A stretch of 60,244 nucleotides of DNA, counting the filler, from Deltaproteobacteria bacterium (GTDB lineage Bacteria; Myxococcota; JACRCW01), in assembly GCA_016218805.1 (NCBI GenBank). It is 3 parts of 3 records of this genome, joined end to end, with 100 filler letters (N's around TTAATTAATTAA, not from the genome) between each part and the next. Parts side by side here need not be neighbours in the genome. Positions count along the whole stretch, not along the records: positions 1 to 28,594 come from JACRCW010000137.1; positions 28,695 to 41,592 come from JACRCW010000027.1; 1 more part is not named here. The stretch is one strand, 5' to 3'. How positions within the stretch are numbered: the stretch's first letter is position 1; the number at the start of each line of letters is the position of its first letter. Below the pieces are notes generated by a model. The model was given only the letters and a program-made list of their open reading frames with translations, had not been told where the DNA came from and did not search any database. A program made the position numbers and the translations under genes. Positions 19,366-29,263 of this stretch are shown here, piece after piece.

Positions 19366-21321
19366 TCACCGGACAATCTGCGCCACCCCGGTGTCCACCA
19401 GCGACCGCAGGAACTCCTGCGCCGTCCCCGTGGCGGCGCTGTTCTCATACACCGCAAAGTGCCCGTTGTTGGGCCACTGCACCAGGCCCGCGGTGGCCGC
19501 GACAACGTCCACGGACATGTCCCCCGTCACCGGCGAGCTCACGGCTGCCAGCCCGCGCAGCACCTCCGGCGGCACCGCCTGGTACACCGGCTCCACCACG
19601 GGAATCCCCGCGGCCGCGGCCAGCGGGCCGTGCGTGCGCGGCGGTGTGTATTCGTCCAACAGGCCGCTGTAGATGAGCACGTTGGGCGGCTTGCGTCCGG
19701 GCGCGTAGTACCGCGGCGCCGCATTGAGTGGTTCCAGCACTTCGCCCAGGGACTGCAGCAGGGTGAGCAGCGGGTGGAACTCGTCCAGCGTTTCTTCGTC
19801 AGGGAGGCCCAGCAGCACCCTGATGGCGGCGGCCAGCACCACCGGCTCCGTCTTCTCCAGGATGCTCTCCGCAAAACCGCCGCCCGCGCCGGAGAGAATG
19901 GCCAGGTCCAGGTCCGTCTCCACGCCCGTCATGATCGCGCCGGTGATGCCACCCTGGCTGTGTCCAAAGAACAGCTTGAGATCGTCGCGGAAGTGCAGCT
20001 CCGTCCCGTCCGCGGCGATGCCCGCGGGGACAACCAGCGTGGAGATGGAGTGCAGTTGCGCAATGCTCTCCAGCGCACTCTGCCGCCAGTTCCCCGTGCC
20101 CGCCTGCGGGTTGAGGAAGTTGAAGGTGGCCAACTCTTCCGAGCCGGCACGGTACCCGTCACGCGTGCGGTGCAGCGGCTGGCTGATGGAGACGGCGGCA
20201 CAACCCGCGGTGCCCATCCAGGTGGATTCATCCCCCGTGCGTGAACCGATGAATGAGCGGAAATCCCCGCCGGTCCCGTGCGCCACCACGACGACGCAGC
20301 GGCCCGCGGCCGGAGGGGGGGACCTGGGCACCGTCAGCGCAAAGCGCACCGTCTCGGTCCGTTGCACCACCGGGGTGCCCGTCTCATCCAGCACAAACCC
20401 GCCGTTGTGCCCGTCATACGTGTCATACGGCGGTATGCCCTGCTGGAAGTGTGGAAGGCCAATGGTGCCTTCATAGACGTGGAACGCCGCGTACGCGTCA
20501 AAGTCCTGCGGCCGGCTCCAGTTGCCCACCACGTACGGCGCGCCGGCCACCACGCGCTCACGCGCCTTCTGCAGGGACGCATAGGGGTCCTGCGTGGTGA
20601 TCACCGTGGCGTGGACCACGCGGGCCAGGTCCAGTTGCACCGCCACGGCGCTGCTGCGCAGCGGCGCCCATGCGGCCCATGCGCGCTCCAACCGCGGCTC
20701 AGTGACGGACGACGACGACAGCAGCGCGTGCAAATCCGCGGTGGCCTCCACGCGGCCCCCGGCGCTGCCGCGCACCGAGTCCAACACCACCAGCGCGTAC
20801 GACGTGGAGGGACGCAGCGGGAAACCCAGCACGGGGAGCGCCACCAGCGTGTGCGCCGGGAGGAACAGGTCCTCGCCCGTGCGGAAGGCCAGGCGCAGCG
20901 GGATGCGCCGCCCGAGTTCCGGTGACGCGGGGTCCACGTCCACCAGTTGCACGGCGGCCGTGGCGTCCAGCGTGGCCGCTTCGTCCGCGGGCAGGGACGC
21001 GGGGGCCAGGTCCACGGTGAATCCCAGGAAGAAGCCACCGTTGAGACCCCACCCGCTGAGCTTCTCCATCTCCAGCCGGTAGTCCTCAATCACGCTGGAC
21101 TGCGTGGGGTTGGGGAACGTGTCCAGCCGCAGCGTGCCGTCGGGCGCGCGGTCCACATCGCTGGGCCACGGGATGTCCAGCCAGGGGCGCAGCCTGGTGC
21201 TGGCCGGGTCATGGACCGTGAACCGGGCCGTCCCCTCCGGCGGGGCGTTCACAGGTGGGGCACAGGAGACTGCCAGCAGGAGGGCCGGCAACAACAACGA
21301 CGACGACGGGACGGTGTGCAT
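19366..21321 (-). CDS. secreted lipoprotein alpha/beta hydrolase (lipase-like, N-terminal Ig-like region)
   Basis: LAVSC lipobox, PWPSD, AHGTGG, GHSQGG nucleophile elbow, D in GLLDEY and H in GHF. Confidence 0.8.
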   Translation of the reverse strand: MHTVPSSSLLLPALLLAVSCAPPVNAPPEGTARFTVHDPASTRLRPWLDIPWPSDVDRAPDGTLRLDTFPNPTQSSVIEDYRLEMEKLSGWGLNGGFFLGFTVDLAPASLPADEAATLDATAAVQLVDVDPASPELGRRIPLRLAFRTGEDLFLPAHTLVALPVLGFPLRPSTSYALVVLDSVRGSAGGRVEATADLHALLSSSSVTEPRLERAWAAWAPLRSSAVAVQLDLARVVHATVITTQDPYASLQKARERVVAGAPYVVGNWSRPQDFDAYAAFHVYEGTIGLPHFQQGIPPYDTYDGHNGGFVLDETGTPVVQRTETVRFALTVPRSPPPAAGRCVVVVAHGTGGDFRSFIGSRTGDESTWMGTAGCAAVSISQPLHRTRDGYRAGSEELATFNFLNPQAGTGNWRQSALESIAQLHSISTLVVPAGIAADGTELHFRDDLKLFFGHSQGGITGAIMTGVETDLDLAILSGAGGGFAESILEKTEPVVLAAAIRVLLGLPDEETLDEFHPLLTLLQSLGEVLEPLNAAPRYYAPGRKPPNVLIYSGLLDEYTPPRTHGPLAAAAGIPVVEPVYQAVPPEVLRGLAAVSSPVTGDMSVDVVAATAGLVQWPNNGHFAVYENSAATGTAQEFLRSLVDTGVAQIVR

Positions 21322-21374
21322 GGGCGCGGTGCACGGTTAGCCCGCGCCACCGCAAGGAGCAACCGCGTTGCGTT

Positions 21375-21740
21375 TCACTCGCCGGTGGGGTCCGCGTGAC
21401 GTCGTGACTTCCCGCGCGGCGCCCTGCCCTCGCCTGCCGGGCGCGTCTTCTCTTCCAGCGCCACCACAATCCGGGTCAGGTCCGCCACCGCCTCTTCCAG
21501 CTCGGTGAGCTTCTGCTGCATCAGCGCCACGTCCTCCACCGTGGGCACGTTGAACGTGCTCAGCAGCTGGATCAGTCCCTTGTCCATGGTGCCCTTTGCC
21601 TTGAGCGCGCCGGAGATGGCACCCTGGAGAGACTTCACAAACGAATCATTGGCGAGCAGTTGGGTAAGCAACTGCGTGAGCTTTTCCTCGCCGAGCTTGA
21701 GCAGGGGCGACAGGCCCGGGGACAGGCGGCTCTCCGACAT
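21375..21740 (-). CDS. small helical/coiled-coil protein, phasin/granule-associated-like
   Basis: AGGAG SD; LSTFNVPTVEDVALMQQKLTELE resembles the C-termini of PHA-granule-associated proteins. The function call is inference. Confidence 0.55.
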   Translation of the reverse strand: MSESRLSPGLSPLLKLGEEKLTQLLTQLLANDSFVKSLQGAISGALKAKGTMDKGLIQLLSTFNVPTVEDVALMQQKLTELEEAVADLTRIVVALEEKTRPAGEGRAPRGKSRRHADPTGE

Positions 21741-21788
21741 GGGGGTTTCTCCTCGGCGCGTGAAGGAACGCTGGCGTTGGTTACAGTT

Positions 21789-21809
21789 GCTTGACAACAT
21801 GCGTCAAGC
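21789..21809. promoter_or_regulatory. 7-7-7 inverted repeat in a divergent promoter region
   Basis: GCTTGAC-aacatgc-GTCAAGC; each arm supplies a TTGAC -35-like box on one strand. Confidence 0.6.
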
Positions 21810-21841
21810 GAACACTGCTTTTTCCGGAGGTCATTCGGCGG

Positions 21842-22681
21842 ATGGAAGGTTTGTCGACGGTGGCGGCTTGGTTGGCGGCGGGGCTGCTGGGGGCGGTCGT
21901 CGTGGGGGCCGCGGGGTACGCCACGGTGATGTATCTGGCGTGGATCATGGTGCGGCGGCGGCGGTTGGGGGCCCTGCACCGGGCCCACCCGGTGCGCGCG
22001 TACCTGGTGGAGTGGGCCAGCGCGGCGCTGATGGTGCTGCTGGCGGTGCCCACACTGTTCCGCCGCCGCGTGAAGCTGGCAGAGGGCAACGGTGGCGTCC
22101 CGGTGCTGTGCGTGCACGGGTACACGCAGCACTGGGGCAACTTTGTGTTCATGGCGCCCCGCCTGGCCGCGGCGGGGTGCGGCAGCGTGTACGGCGTCAA
22201 CGTGGTGCCGCGCTTCCGCTCCATGGAGCGCTGCGCCGCGCAGGTCACGGAGGCGCTGCTGTGGATCCGCGCCCAGACCGGCGCCGAAAAGATCGACGTC
22301 ATCTGTCACTCCATGGGCGGCCTGCTGCTGCGCGCCGCGCTGGCGCGCCACGGCGCTGACGGGCTGGTGCGCCGCGCGGTGACGCTGGGAACGCCGCACG
22401 CGGGGACCATCATTGCGCGGTTTGGCCCGGGCCAGAACGCGGCGGAGATGCGGCCGGGCAGCGCGTTCCTGGCCGCGCTGCCGGCGCCCCCGCCCACGCT
22501 CACCAGCGTCTGGTCCACCTCTGACGCGGTGGTCCTCCCGCCGGAGAACGCGGCTTGCGGCGCGGGCGACGTCGTGTTCGACGACCTGGGGCACCTGTCA
22601 CTGCTGCTGTCTCCGCGCGTGTGGCGCACCGTGGGGGAGCGCTTGACGGCGCCCGATCCCGCGCACCATGTGGACGGCTGA
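21842..22681 (+). CDS. membrane-anchored alpha/beta hydrolase (lipase/esterase)
   Basis: Two N-terminal TM segments; VHGY, CHSMGG, LGTPHAG, SDAVV and GHLSLL motifs. Confidence 0.85.
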   Translation: MEGLSTVAAWLAAGLLGAVVVGAAGYATVMYLAWIMVRRRRLGALHRAHPVRAYLVEWASAALMVLLAVPTLFRRRVKLAEGNGGVPVLCVHGYTQHWGNFVFMAPRLAAAGCGSVYGVNVVPRFRSMERCAAQVTEALLWIRAQTGAEKIDVICHSMGGLLLRAALARHGADGLVRRAVTLGTPHAGTIIARFGPGQNAAEMRPGSAFLAALPAPPPTLTSVWSTSDAVVLPPENAACGAGDVVFDDLGHLSLLLSPRVWRTVGERLTAPDPAHHVDG

Positions 22682-22718
22682 CGCGCCCCTCGCCGCCCGG
22701 TAGGACACCGTACCCGTC

Positions 22719-23696
22719 GTGCACGACTCCGCCAGCGCCATGTATCCCGCCCCGGGCCCCGGGCTGCCCCGCTTCCTGATGGAGCGGCAGGTCCACGTCG
22801 TCATGGGCAAGGGGGGCGTGGGCAAGAGCATGGTGTCACTGGCCCTGGCGCTGGGGCTGGCGGCGCGCGGGCGGCGCGTGTTGCTGTGCCAGGTGAACAC
22901 CGCGGATGCGCACGGGCCGTTGCTGGGCGTGCCGGTGGGCAAGGACCTGGTGGAGGTGCAACCGCGCCTGAGCTGCGTGGACATGGAACCGCTCACCGCG
23001 CGCCGTGAGTACGTGATGATGATCCTGAAGTTCCGCGCTGTATATGACGCGCTGTTTGAGAACCGCTTTGCGCAGTACTTCATGCGGTTTGTCCCGTCCC
23101 TGGCGGAGCTCAACATGACGGGCAAGGTGTGGTTCCACGCCGAGGAGAAGGACGGCAAGGAACGCCGCTGGGACCACGTCATTGTGGATGCGCCAGCCAC
23201 CGGGCACGGCATCACGCTGGTGAAGGTGCCGCGGGTGATCTCCTCCACCGCGCCGTCCGGGCCGCTCAAGCAGCAGACCGCGCAGATGGCGGCGTTGTTT
23301 GAGGACGCGCAGCGCACGGCGCTGCACGTGGTCACCACGCCGGATGAGCTCAGCGTGCTGGAAACAGAGGAACTGGTGGCCCGGCTGCGCAACGAGAAGG
23401 TGGGTCCGTTGGGCGTGGCCGTGCTCAACCGCGTGCCGCCGCGCCTGTTTGACGGCGTGGACCATGCACCGCTGACGCGCGTGACCACCGTGCCCGGCGT
23501 GGGGCCGTATGCCGCCGCGGCGCTGGAGCGCGCGCGCCTGGAGTTGGCCACGCTGGCCGCGCGGGACCGCCTCACCGCGTTGGGATTGCCCGTGCTGGCG
23601 CTGCCGGAGACCCCCGGCCAGGAGTTCCTCCTGGACGACGCCAAGGCCATGGCGGCCACGCTGTTCCCGCCGCCGCGCGTGGTGGAGGCGCTGTGA
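22719..23696 (+). CDS. ArsA/Get3-family ATPase subunit 1
   Basis: GKGGVGKS and DAPATGH motifs; switch I region degenerate (QVNTAD); start may be 22740. Confidence 0.88.
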   Translation: MHDSASAMYPAPGPGLPRFLMERQVHVVMGKGGVGKSMVSLALALGLAARGRRVLLCQVNTADAHGPLLGVPVGKDLVEVQPRLSCVDMEPLTARREYVMMILKFRAVYDALFENRFAQYFMRFVPSLAELNMTGKVWFHAEEKDGKERRWDHVIVDAPATGHGITLVKVPRVISSTAPSGPLKQQTAQMAALFEDAQRTALHVVTTPDELSVLETEELVARLRNEKVGPLGVAVLNRVPPRLFDGVDHAPLTRVTTVPGVGPYAAAALERARLELATLAARDRLTALGLPVLALPETPGQEFLLDDAKAMAATLFPPPRVVEAL

Positions 23697-24844
23697 AGGA
23701 GCCCGTCAAGGACCTCCTGCTGGAAAAGCGCGTGCTGTGCACGGTGGGCAGTGGCGGCGTGGGGAAGACCACGTGCGCGGCCGCGCTGGGCATGATGGCC
23801 TCCGTGCTGGGACGCCGCGTGCTGGTGCTCACCATTGACCCGGCCAAGCGGCTGGCGTCCGCCATGGGACTGGGTGACCTGGGCCTCCGTGAAGAGGTCA
23901 TCTCCGTGGAGCGGATGCGCGCGCTGGGCATCCCGGCGCAAGAACCGCTGGCGGTGAAGATGCTGGACCTCAAGGCCAGTTGGGATGACATGGTGCGCCG
24001 CCTCTCCAGCACGCCGGAGGCCGCGCACGACATCCTGGGCAACCGGTTCTACCAGTACCTGTCCACGGAGCTGGCCGGGGCGCAGGAGTACATTGCGTGC
24101 GAACACCTGTTCACCATGTCCTACGAACGCGCGTACGACCTGGTGGTGCTGGACACGCCGCCCACGGCCAACGCGTTGGACTTCCTGGACGCGCCGGACC
24201 GCATCCTGGGCATCCTCAATCACGACGCGGTGCGCATTGCCGCGCGGCCGGCGCTGGTGGCGGGCAAGCTGTCCCTGAAGCTGTTTGACATGGCGGGCGG
24301 CGCCGCCATGAAGGCCATGGAGAAGCTCACCGGCGTGGAGACGCTCAAGGAACTCTCCGAGTTCCTGCTGCTGTTTGAGCAGCTGTTTGACCCGATCAAG
24401 ACTCGCACGGAGGCGGTGCAGCGGTTGTTGACGTCAGACGGAACCAGTTTTGTGCTGGTGGCAAGCCCGGAGATGGGACCGCTGGCGCAGGCCCGCTACT
24501 TCCTGGAGCACCTGGAGAGGATGTCCCTGCCGGTGGGCTGCGTGGTGGTGAACCGCGTCCGCCGCGCGCCGCCCGCGGAGCTGGACGCGCCGGCGCTGGA
24601 ACGCGCGCTGCGGGAGACGGGCGCCACCGGGGACCTGCGCCCGCTGCTGGACGCCACGCGCGCGGCGGTGGCGGATGCGCAACGCCTGGTGGCCCGCGAA
24701 GCCTCCACCATGGCCCCGCTGCTGCAGGCCGCCGGCACCGCGCCGCTGCTGCGCCTGCCGCGCCTTGGTGACGACGTGCATGACCTGGCCGGGCTGTGGG
24801 CGCTGGGCCAGCGGTTGATGGTGGGGGCCCCCGCAGGGGGCTGA
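23693..24844 (+). CDS. ArsA/Get3-family ATPase subunit 2
   Basis: GSGGVGKTT, TIDPAKRLA and DTPPT motifs; GTGA-coupled to subunit 1. Confidence 0.9.
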   Translation: MKEPVKDLLLEKRVLCTVGSGGVGKTTCAAALGMMASVLGRRVLVLTIDPAKRLASAMGLGDLGLREEVISVERMRALGIPAQEPLAVKMLDLKASWDDMVRRLSSTPEAAHDILGNRFYQYLSTELAGAQEYIACEHLFTMSYERAYDLVVLDTPPTANALDFLDAPDRILGILNHDAVRIAARPALVAGKLSLKLFDMAGGAAMKAMEKLTGVETLKELSEFLLLFEQLFDPIKTRTEAVQRLLTSDGTSFVLVASPEMGPLAQARYFLEHLERMSLPVGCVVVNRVRRAPPAELDAPALERALRETGATGDLRPLLDATRAAVADAQRLVAREASTMAPLLQAAGTAPLLRLPRLGDDVHDLAGLWALGQRLMVGAPAGG

Positions 24845-24848
24845 GCAC

Positions 24849-26522
24849 ATGGTCCGCTGGCTGTGGGTTGCGATGATCAACCTGCGCCGCGCGTGGGCCA
24901 ACGCGCTGCGCCGGGTGTTTGTGCGGCGCGTGCCGTGGGTGCAGCTGCGCCTGCGCGGGCCGCTGCCGGCGTTCACGCCTGCGGTACCGTGGTGGCAGCG
25001 GCGCTTCCGCGGCGTGACACCGCCAGCGGGACTGGACGCGCTCCACGCAGCGGTGACGCGCATTGTGGAGGACCCGCGCTGTCCGGGCGTGGTGCTCAAG
25101 GTGGGACCGGTGGGTGGCGGGTGGGCCGCGGTCCGGGAGGTGCACGCGGAGGTCGCGCGGGTGCGGGCGTGCGGCAAGCGCGTGGTGGCGCTGCTGGCGG
25201 CCGGTGACACGCAGTCCTGGTTGTGTGCCATTGCCGCTGACGACGTGGTGGCGCCCCCCGCGGTGTCGCTCATGCTGCCCGGCCTGCGGCGCGAGGCGTA
25301 CTTCCTGCGTGACGCGCTCAGGCGCGTGGGCGTGGACGTGGAGGTGTTCCAGGTCTCCCCCTACAAGTCAGCCGCGGAGACGCTGGTGCGGGATGATTTC
25401 TCGCCGGAGAACCGCGCGCAGTTGGAACGGATCCTGGGCGCGCGCATGGACGCCATGGTGGCGCTGGCCGCGGCCGCACGGAAGCGCCCGCCGGAGACGG
25501 TCCGCGAATGGTTTGAGCGCGGGATCCTGGACGCAACCTCGGCGGTGGCGGCGGGCGCCCTGGACGCCACGTGCTTTGAAGACGAGCTGTCCGCGCGGCT
25601 GGGCGGTGCCAAGCCCGCCACCATCACCACCTGGGCGCGCGCGGTGCGCATGCTGAAGACTCCGTACGCGCGCGTTCGGGGGAAGCGTGTGGCGGTGGTG
25701 CGCGTGCACGGCACCATCACGTCCGGCAAGAGCCGGGAACTCCCGCTCCCGGTGCCCTTGCTGGGCGCTGAACAGGCTGGCCTGGAGAGCATCACCCAGG
25801 CGCTGCGTTCCGCGGAGCAGGATGACCACGTCGTCGCCGTGGTGCTGCACGTGGATTCGCCGGGCGGGGACGCGGTGGCCTCAGACCTGCTGTGGCGCGA
25901 AGTGGCACGCGTGAACCAGGCCAAGCCGGTGGTCGCGTACATGCACAACGTCGCGGCCAGCGGCGGGTATTACGTGGCGCTGCCCGCGCGACGGATTGTG
26001 GCCACGCCGGACGTCGTCACCGGGAGCATTGGCGTGCTGGCGGTGCGGCCCGTGATCGCGGGGCTGCTGCGGCGCGCGGATGTGCACGCGCGCTGGCTGC
26101 AGCGCGGCGACCGCGCGGGCCTGCTGTCAGCGTCCCAGGCGCTGTCCACGGCGGAGAAGGAAACGCTGGAGCGCTCACTGCTGCATGCGTACGACCTGTT
26201 CCTCATGCGAACCACCGACGGGCGCAAGAAGGACCGCGACGCGCTGGAGCCGCTGGCAGGCGGGCGCGTGTGGCTGGGCCATGAAGCGCTGGCCTCCGGC
26301 CTGGTGGATGAGACGGGGCGCTTTTGTGACGCCATCCGCACCGCGCAGGAAGCCGCGCACGTGCGGCGGGATCCGGACGCGCACTTCGTGGTGGAGGTGG
26401 CGCCGTCATCCGCGCTGTTGCCGCGTCCCTGGCCGGCGTCCGCCATTGAGATCGCCCGCGAACTGGCCGACGAGGTGCGCGGCACCGTGGCCTGGGCGGT
26501 GCTGCCATTTGGGGATCTGTAG
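24849..26522 (+). CDS. sppA: signal peptide peptidase (S49, two-domain form)
   Basis: YKSAAE, VDSPGG, AASGGY, TGSIGV and GRVWLG motifs. Confidence 0.9.
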   Translation: MVRWLWVAMINLRRAWANALRRVFVRRVPWVQLRLRGPLPAFTPAVPWWQRRFRGVTPPAGLDALHAAVTRIVEDPRCPGVVLKVGPVGGGWAAVREVHAEVARVRACGKRVVALLAAGDTQSWLCAIAADDVVAPPAVSLMLPGLRREAYFLRDALRRVGVDVEVFQVSPYKSAAETLVRDDFSPENRAQLERILGARMDAMVALAAAARKRPPETVREWFERGILDATSAVAAGALDATCFEDELSARLGGAKPATITTWARAVRMLKTPYARVRGKRVAVVRVHGTITSGKSRELPLPVPLLGAEQAGLESITQALRSAEQDDHVVAVVLHVDSPGGDAVASDLLWREVARVNQAKPVVAYMHNVAASGGYYVALPARRIVATPDVVTGSIGVLAVRPVIAGLLRRADVHARWLQRGDRAGLLSASQALSTAEKETLERSLLHAYDLFLMRTTDGRKKDRDALEPLAGGRVWLGHEALASGLVDETGRFCDAIRTAQEAAHVRRDPDAHFVVEVAPSSALLPRPWPASAIEIARELADEVRGTVAWAVLPFGDL

Positions 26523-26543
26523 GTGGGGACCGGAGATCGCTTG

Positions 26544-28295
26544 ATGCCTGTTCCGTCTGACACACTGCTGGAAACCCTGCGCAACGCCATCATTGGCGAC
26601 GACACTGCGCTGGAGGGTCCCTATGGCCGCCGCCGCCTCACGTATGCGGACTACACCGCGTCCGGGCGGTCCCTCACGTTCATTGAGGACTTCATCCGCG
26701 CGCACGTGATGCCGCTGTATGCCAACACGCATACGGAGACTTCCGGCACCGGTGCGCAGACCACCGCCTTCCGCGAAGACGCGCGCCGCATCATCCGTGA
26801 CGCCGTGGGCGGTACCAGCGACGAGGTGGTCATCTTCTGCGGTTCGGGTGCCACCGGCGCCATCCACCACCTCATTGACGTGCTCAACCTGCGCCTGCCC
26901 GCGGACCTGGATGCGTGGTGGCACCTGCGGCAGCACATCCCCGCGGACCAGCGGCCCGTGGTGTTCATTGGCCCGTATGAACACCACTCCAATGAGATCC
27001 CGTGGCGCGAGTCCATTGCGGACGTGGTCACCATTGACGAGGACGCGGACGGTCTCATTGACCTGGCGCACCTGGAGCGTGCGCTGGCGGCGTACGCGGA
27101 GCGGCCGTTGAAGATCGGGTCATTCTCCGCGGCCTCCAACGTGACGGGCATCGTGTCGGACACGGCGGCCATCGCGTCGCTGCTGCACCGGCACGGCGCG
27201 CTTGCGTTTTTTGACTACGCGGCCGCCGGTCCGTACCTGCCCATTGCCATGAACCCGCCGCCGGGCGGGGATCCGTTTGCGTACAAGGACGCGGTGTTCC
27301 TCTCACCGCACAAGTTCATTGGCGGTCCGGGCACGCCGGGCGTGTTGTGCGCGCGGCGCAAGCTGTTCACCAACCGGGTCCCCGCGGTGCCGGGCGGCGG
27401 GACGGTGGCGTACGTCAACACGGAGGAGCACCGTTACCTGGATGACGTGGTCCACCGCGAAGAGGGCGGCACGCCGGCCATCATTGAGTCCATCCGTGCG
27501 GGCCTGGTCTTCCAGCTCAAGCAGGCGGTGGGCACGGACGTGATCCGGGAGCGCGAGGAGCGCTTCCTGCGGCGCGTGATCGCCGCGTGGCGCGACGAGC
27601 CCAACATCCGCATCCTGGGGAACCTGGAAGCGGACCGGCTGGGCATCCTGAGCTTTGTGATCCGGTGCGGTGGCCGTTACCTGCACCACAACTTCATCGT
27701 GACGCTGCTCAATGATCTGTTCGGCATCCAGGCGCGCGGCGGGTGTTCCTGCGCGGGGCCGTACGGGCACCGGTTGCTGGGGATTGACCTGGACACCAGC
27801 CGCAAGTTTGAAGCGGAGATTTTGCACGGGTGTGAGGGCATCAAGCCCGGGTGGGCGCGTGTGAATTTCAACTATTTCATTGCGGAGCCGGTGTTTGAAT
27901 ACATTGTGGAGGCGGTGCGATTTGTGGCGCGCGACGGGTGGAAGTTCCTGCCGGACTACGAGTTTGAACCGCTCAGCGGGCGGTGGCGGCACGGCGCGGG
28001 CCGGCCGCGCCCGGTGCTGCGCCTGCACGACGTGAGCTACGCCTCTGGCCGCATGGAGTTCCCGCGGCGGACGTTCACGGAGCCGCTCAGCGCGTTGCCG
28101 GGTTACCTGGAGGAAGCGCGGCGGTTGGCGCAGGACGCGGAGCAGCGTCACGGCGCGGGTCACCCGGACGCGCCGTCCCCGACGCCCGGATACGAATCCC
28201 TACGCTGGTTCCTCTTGCCGGGCGAAGCGTTGGCGATGCTGCGTTCGCGGCCTGCGCCCCCGCCGAATGGACCGGTCCTGTTCCCGCACACGTGA
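26544..28295 (+). CDS. class V PLP-dependent aminotransferase/cysteine desulfurase-like protein
   Basis: YADYTASG, EHHSN, SNVTG, SPHKF, EEGGTP and RGGCSCAG motifs. Confidence 0.9.
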   Translation: MPVPSDTLLETLRNAIIGDDTALEGPYGRRRLTYADYTASGRSLTFIEDFIRAHVMPLYANTHTETSGTGAQTTAFREDARRIIRDAVGGTSDEVVIFCGSGATGAIHHLIDVLNLRLPADLDAWWHLRQHIPADQRPVVFIGPYEHHSNEIPWRESIADVVTIDEDADGLIDLAHLERALAAYAERPLKIGSFSAASNVTGIVSDTAAIASLLHRHGALAFFDYAAAGPYLPIAMNPPPGGDPFAYKDAVFLSPHKFIGGPGTPGVLCARRKLFTNRVPAVPGGGTVAYVNTEEHRYLDDVVHREEGGTPAIIESIRAGLVFQLKQAVGTDVIREREERFLRRVIAAWRDEPNIRILGNLEADRLGILSFVIRCGGRYLHHNFIVTLLNDLFGIQARGGCSCAGPYGHRLLGIDLDTSRKFEAEILHGCEGIKPGWARVNFNYFIAEPVFEYIVEAVRFVARDGWKFLPDYEFEPLSGRWRHGAGRPRPVLRLHDVSYASGRMEFPRRTFTEPLSALPGYLEEARRLAQDAEQRHGAGHPDAPSPTPGYESLRWFLLPGEALAMLRSRPAPPPNGPVLFPHT

Positions 28296-28314
28296 TGCAG
28301 GTGGCGAGAGTGGG

Positions 28315-28413
28315 GTCGGGGGGAGGGTTGGGGTGGGGGGCATTTCCCCCTCTCCCCGACGTGAGGCAGGTAGGTACACCAGCCCCGCCCCGCCAAGAGG
28401 CGGGGGGAGGGGG
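28315..28413. repeat. REP-like palindromic intergenic element
   Basis: gtcggggggaggg...ccctctccccgac inverted repeat, followed by ccccgccccgcc-aaga-ggcggggggagggg. Confidence 0.45.
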
Positions 28414-28594
28414 CTTACGCACTGCATCCTCCCGTTGTCGTATGCCCACCCGGCGCCGCCCCTGTGCAGGCACACCCCATGGTGATATGAGCGCCTGCCT
28501 TTTCCGGCGGCCCATCCCGGACCTCGGGGTGACGTCGACGGGGGCGGTCCATCACAGGTCAGGGAGTCGCAGGATGTCCAAGCTTCACCGAGCG

Positions 28595-28694
28595 NNNNNN
28601 NNNNNNNNNNNNNNNNNNNNNNNNNNNNNNNNNNNNNNTTAATTAATTAANNNNNNNNNNNNNNNNNNNNNNNNNNNNNNNNNNNNNNNNNNNN
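28595..28694. other. artificial contig linker
   Basis: 44 N + TTAATTAATTAA (stops in all six frames) + 44 N. Confidence 0.98.
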
Positions 28695-29263
28695 GACCCA
28701 GTTGGTCCGCAGCGTGTTCTGACCGTGGACTGCCGCTGCGCTCGCCGGGGCCGGCTTTGCCTGCGTCATGCGCCGGTCAACGTGGTGGGCCTCTGCATCA
28801 ACTCCAACCGGTCACACTTCCGACCGGCTGCGCACCACGCTCGCGTGGACTCCGTTGCACGGCTCACCCACGCGTCTCCCGTCGAGTTTCGATCTAGACG
28901 AACACAGGTCTCCTCATCGGCTGGCCGGGGCAGCTCTGGCTCCCACCCCACGGGCGTACTTGAGACGCGGCCGCGCCCCCGCCCGGGTACTGACGTGGCC
29001 CGGCACGGTGGGGCGCCTGGGCAACTTTCGCGCCAGCCACGGCCTCTTGCTGGCGTGCCACGCGGGGCTCCGGGTGCACGGTTTCCGGACAGCAGTGACC
29101 GGAACTCCTTCACCAACGCCGCGCCCCGGCGGGTCTGCGCGCACCCGCCTGGCACCCACCACGCCACGCCGGAGCATTGACCCGGGTGACGGCGCGTGGG
29201 TAGTCAGCCGCCCTCATCACAGCGCGCGGTGGACCGTGCAGGGCGCCGCGCAGAGGAGCAGCC

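Noticed and set aside
22719..24844. Arsenic resistance operon
   Set aside because: No arsB/acr3, arsC, arsD or arsR; the motifs match the Get3-like heterodimer class.
28574..28594. Possible gene start MSKLHRA after an AGGGAG SD
   Set aside because: Only seven codons before the contig end; cannot be supported.
28595..28694. TTAATTAATTAA AT-rich palindromes (also 41637-41648)
   Set aside because: Identical N-padded six-frame-stop linkers from contig concatenation; not biological.
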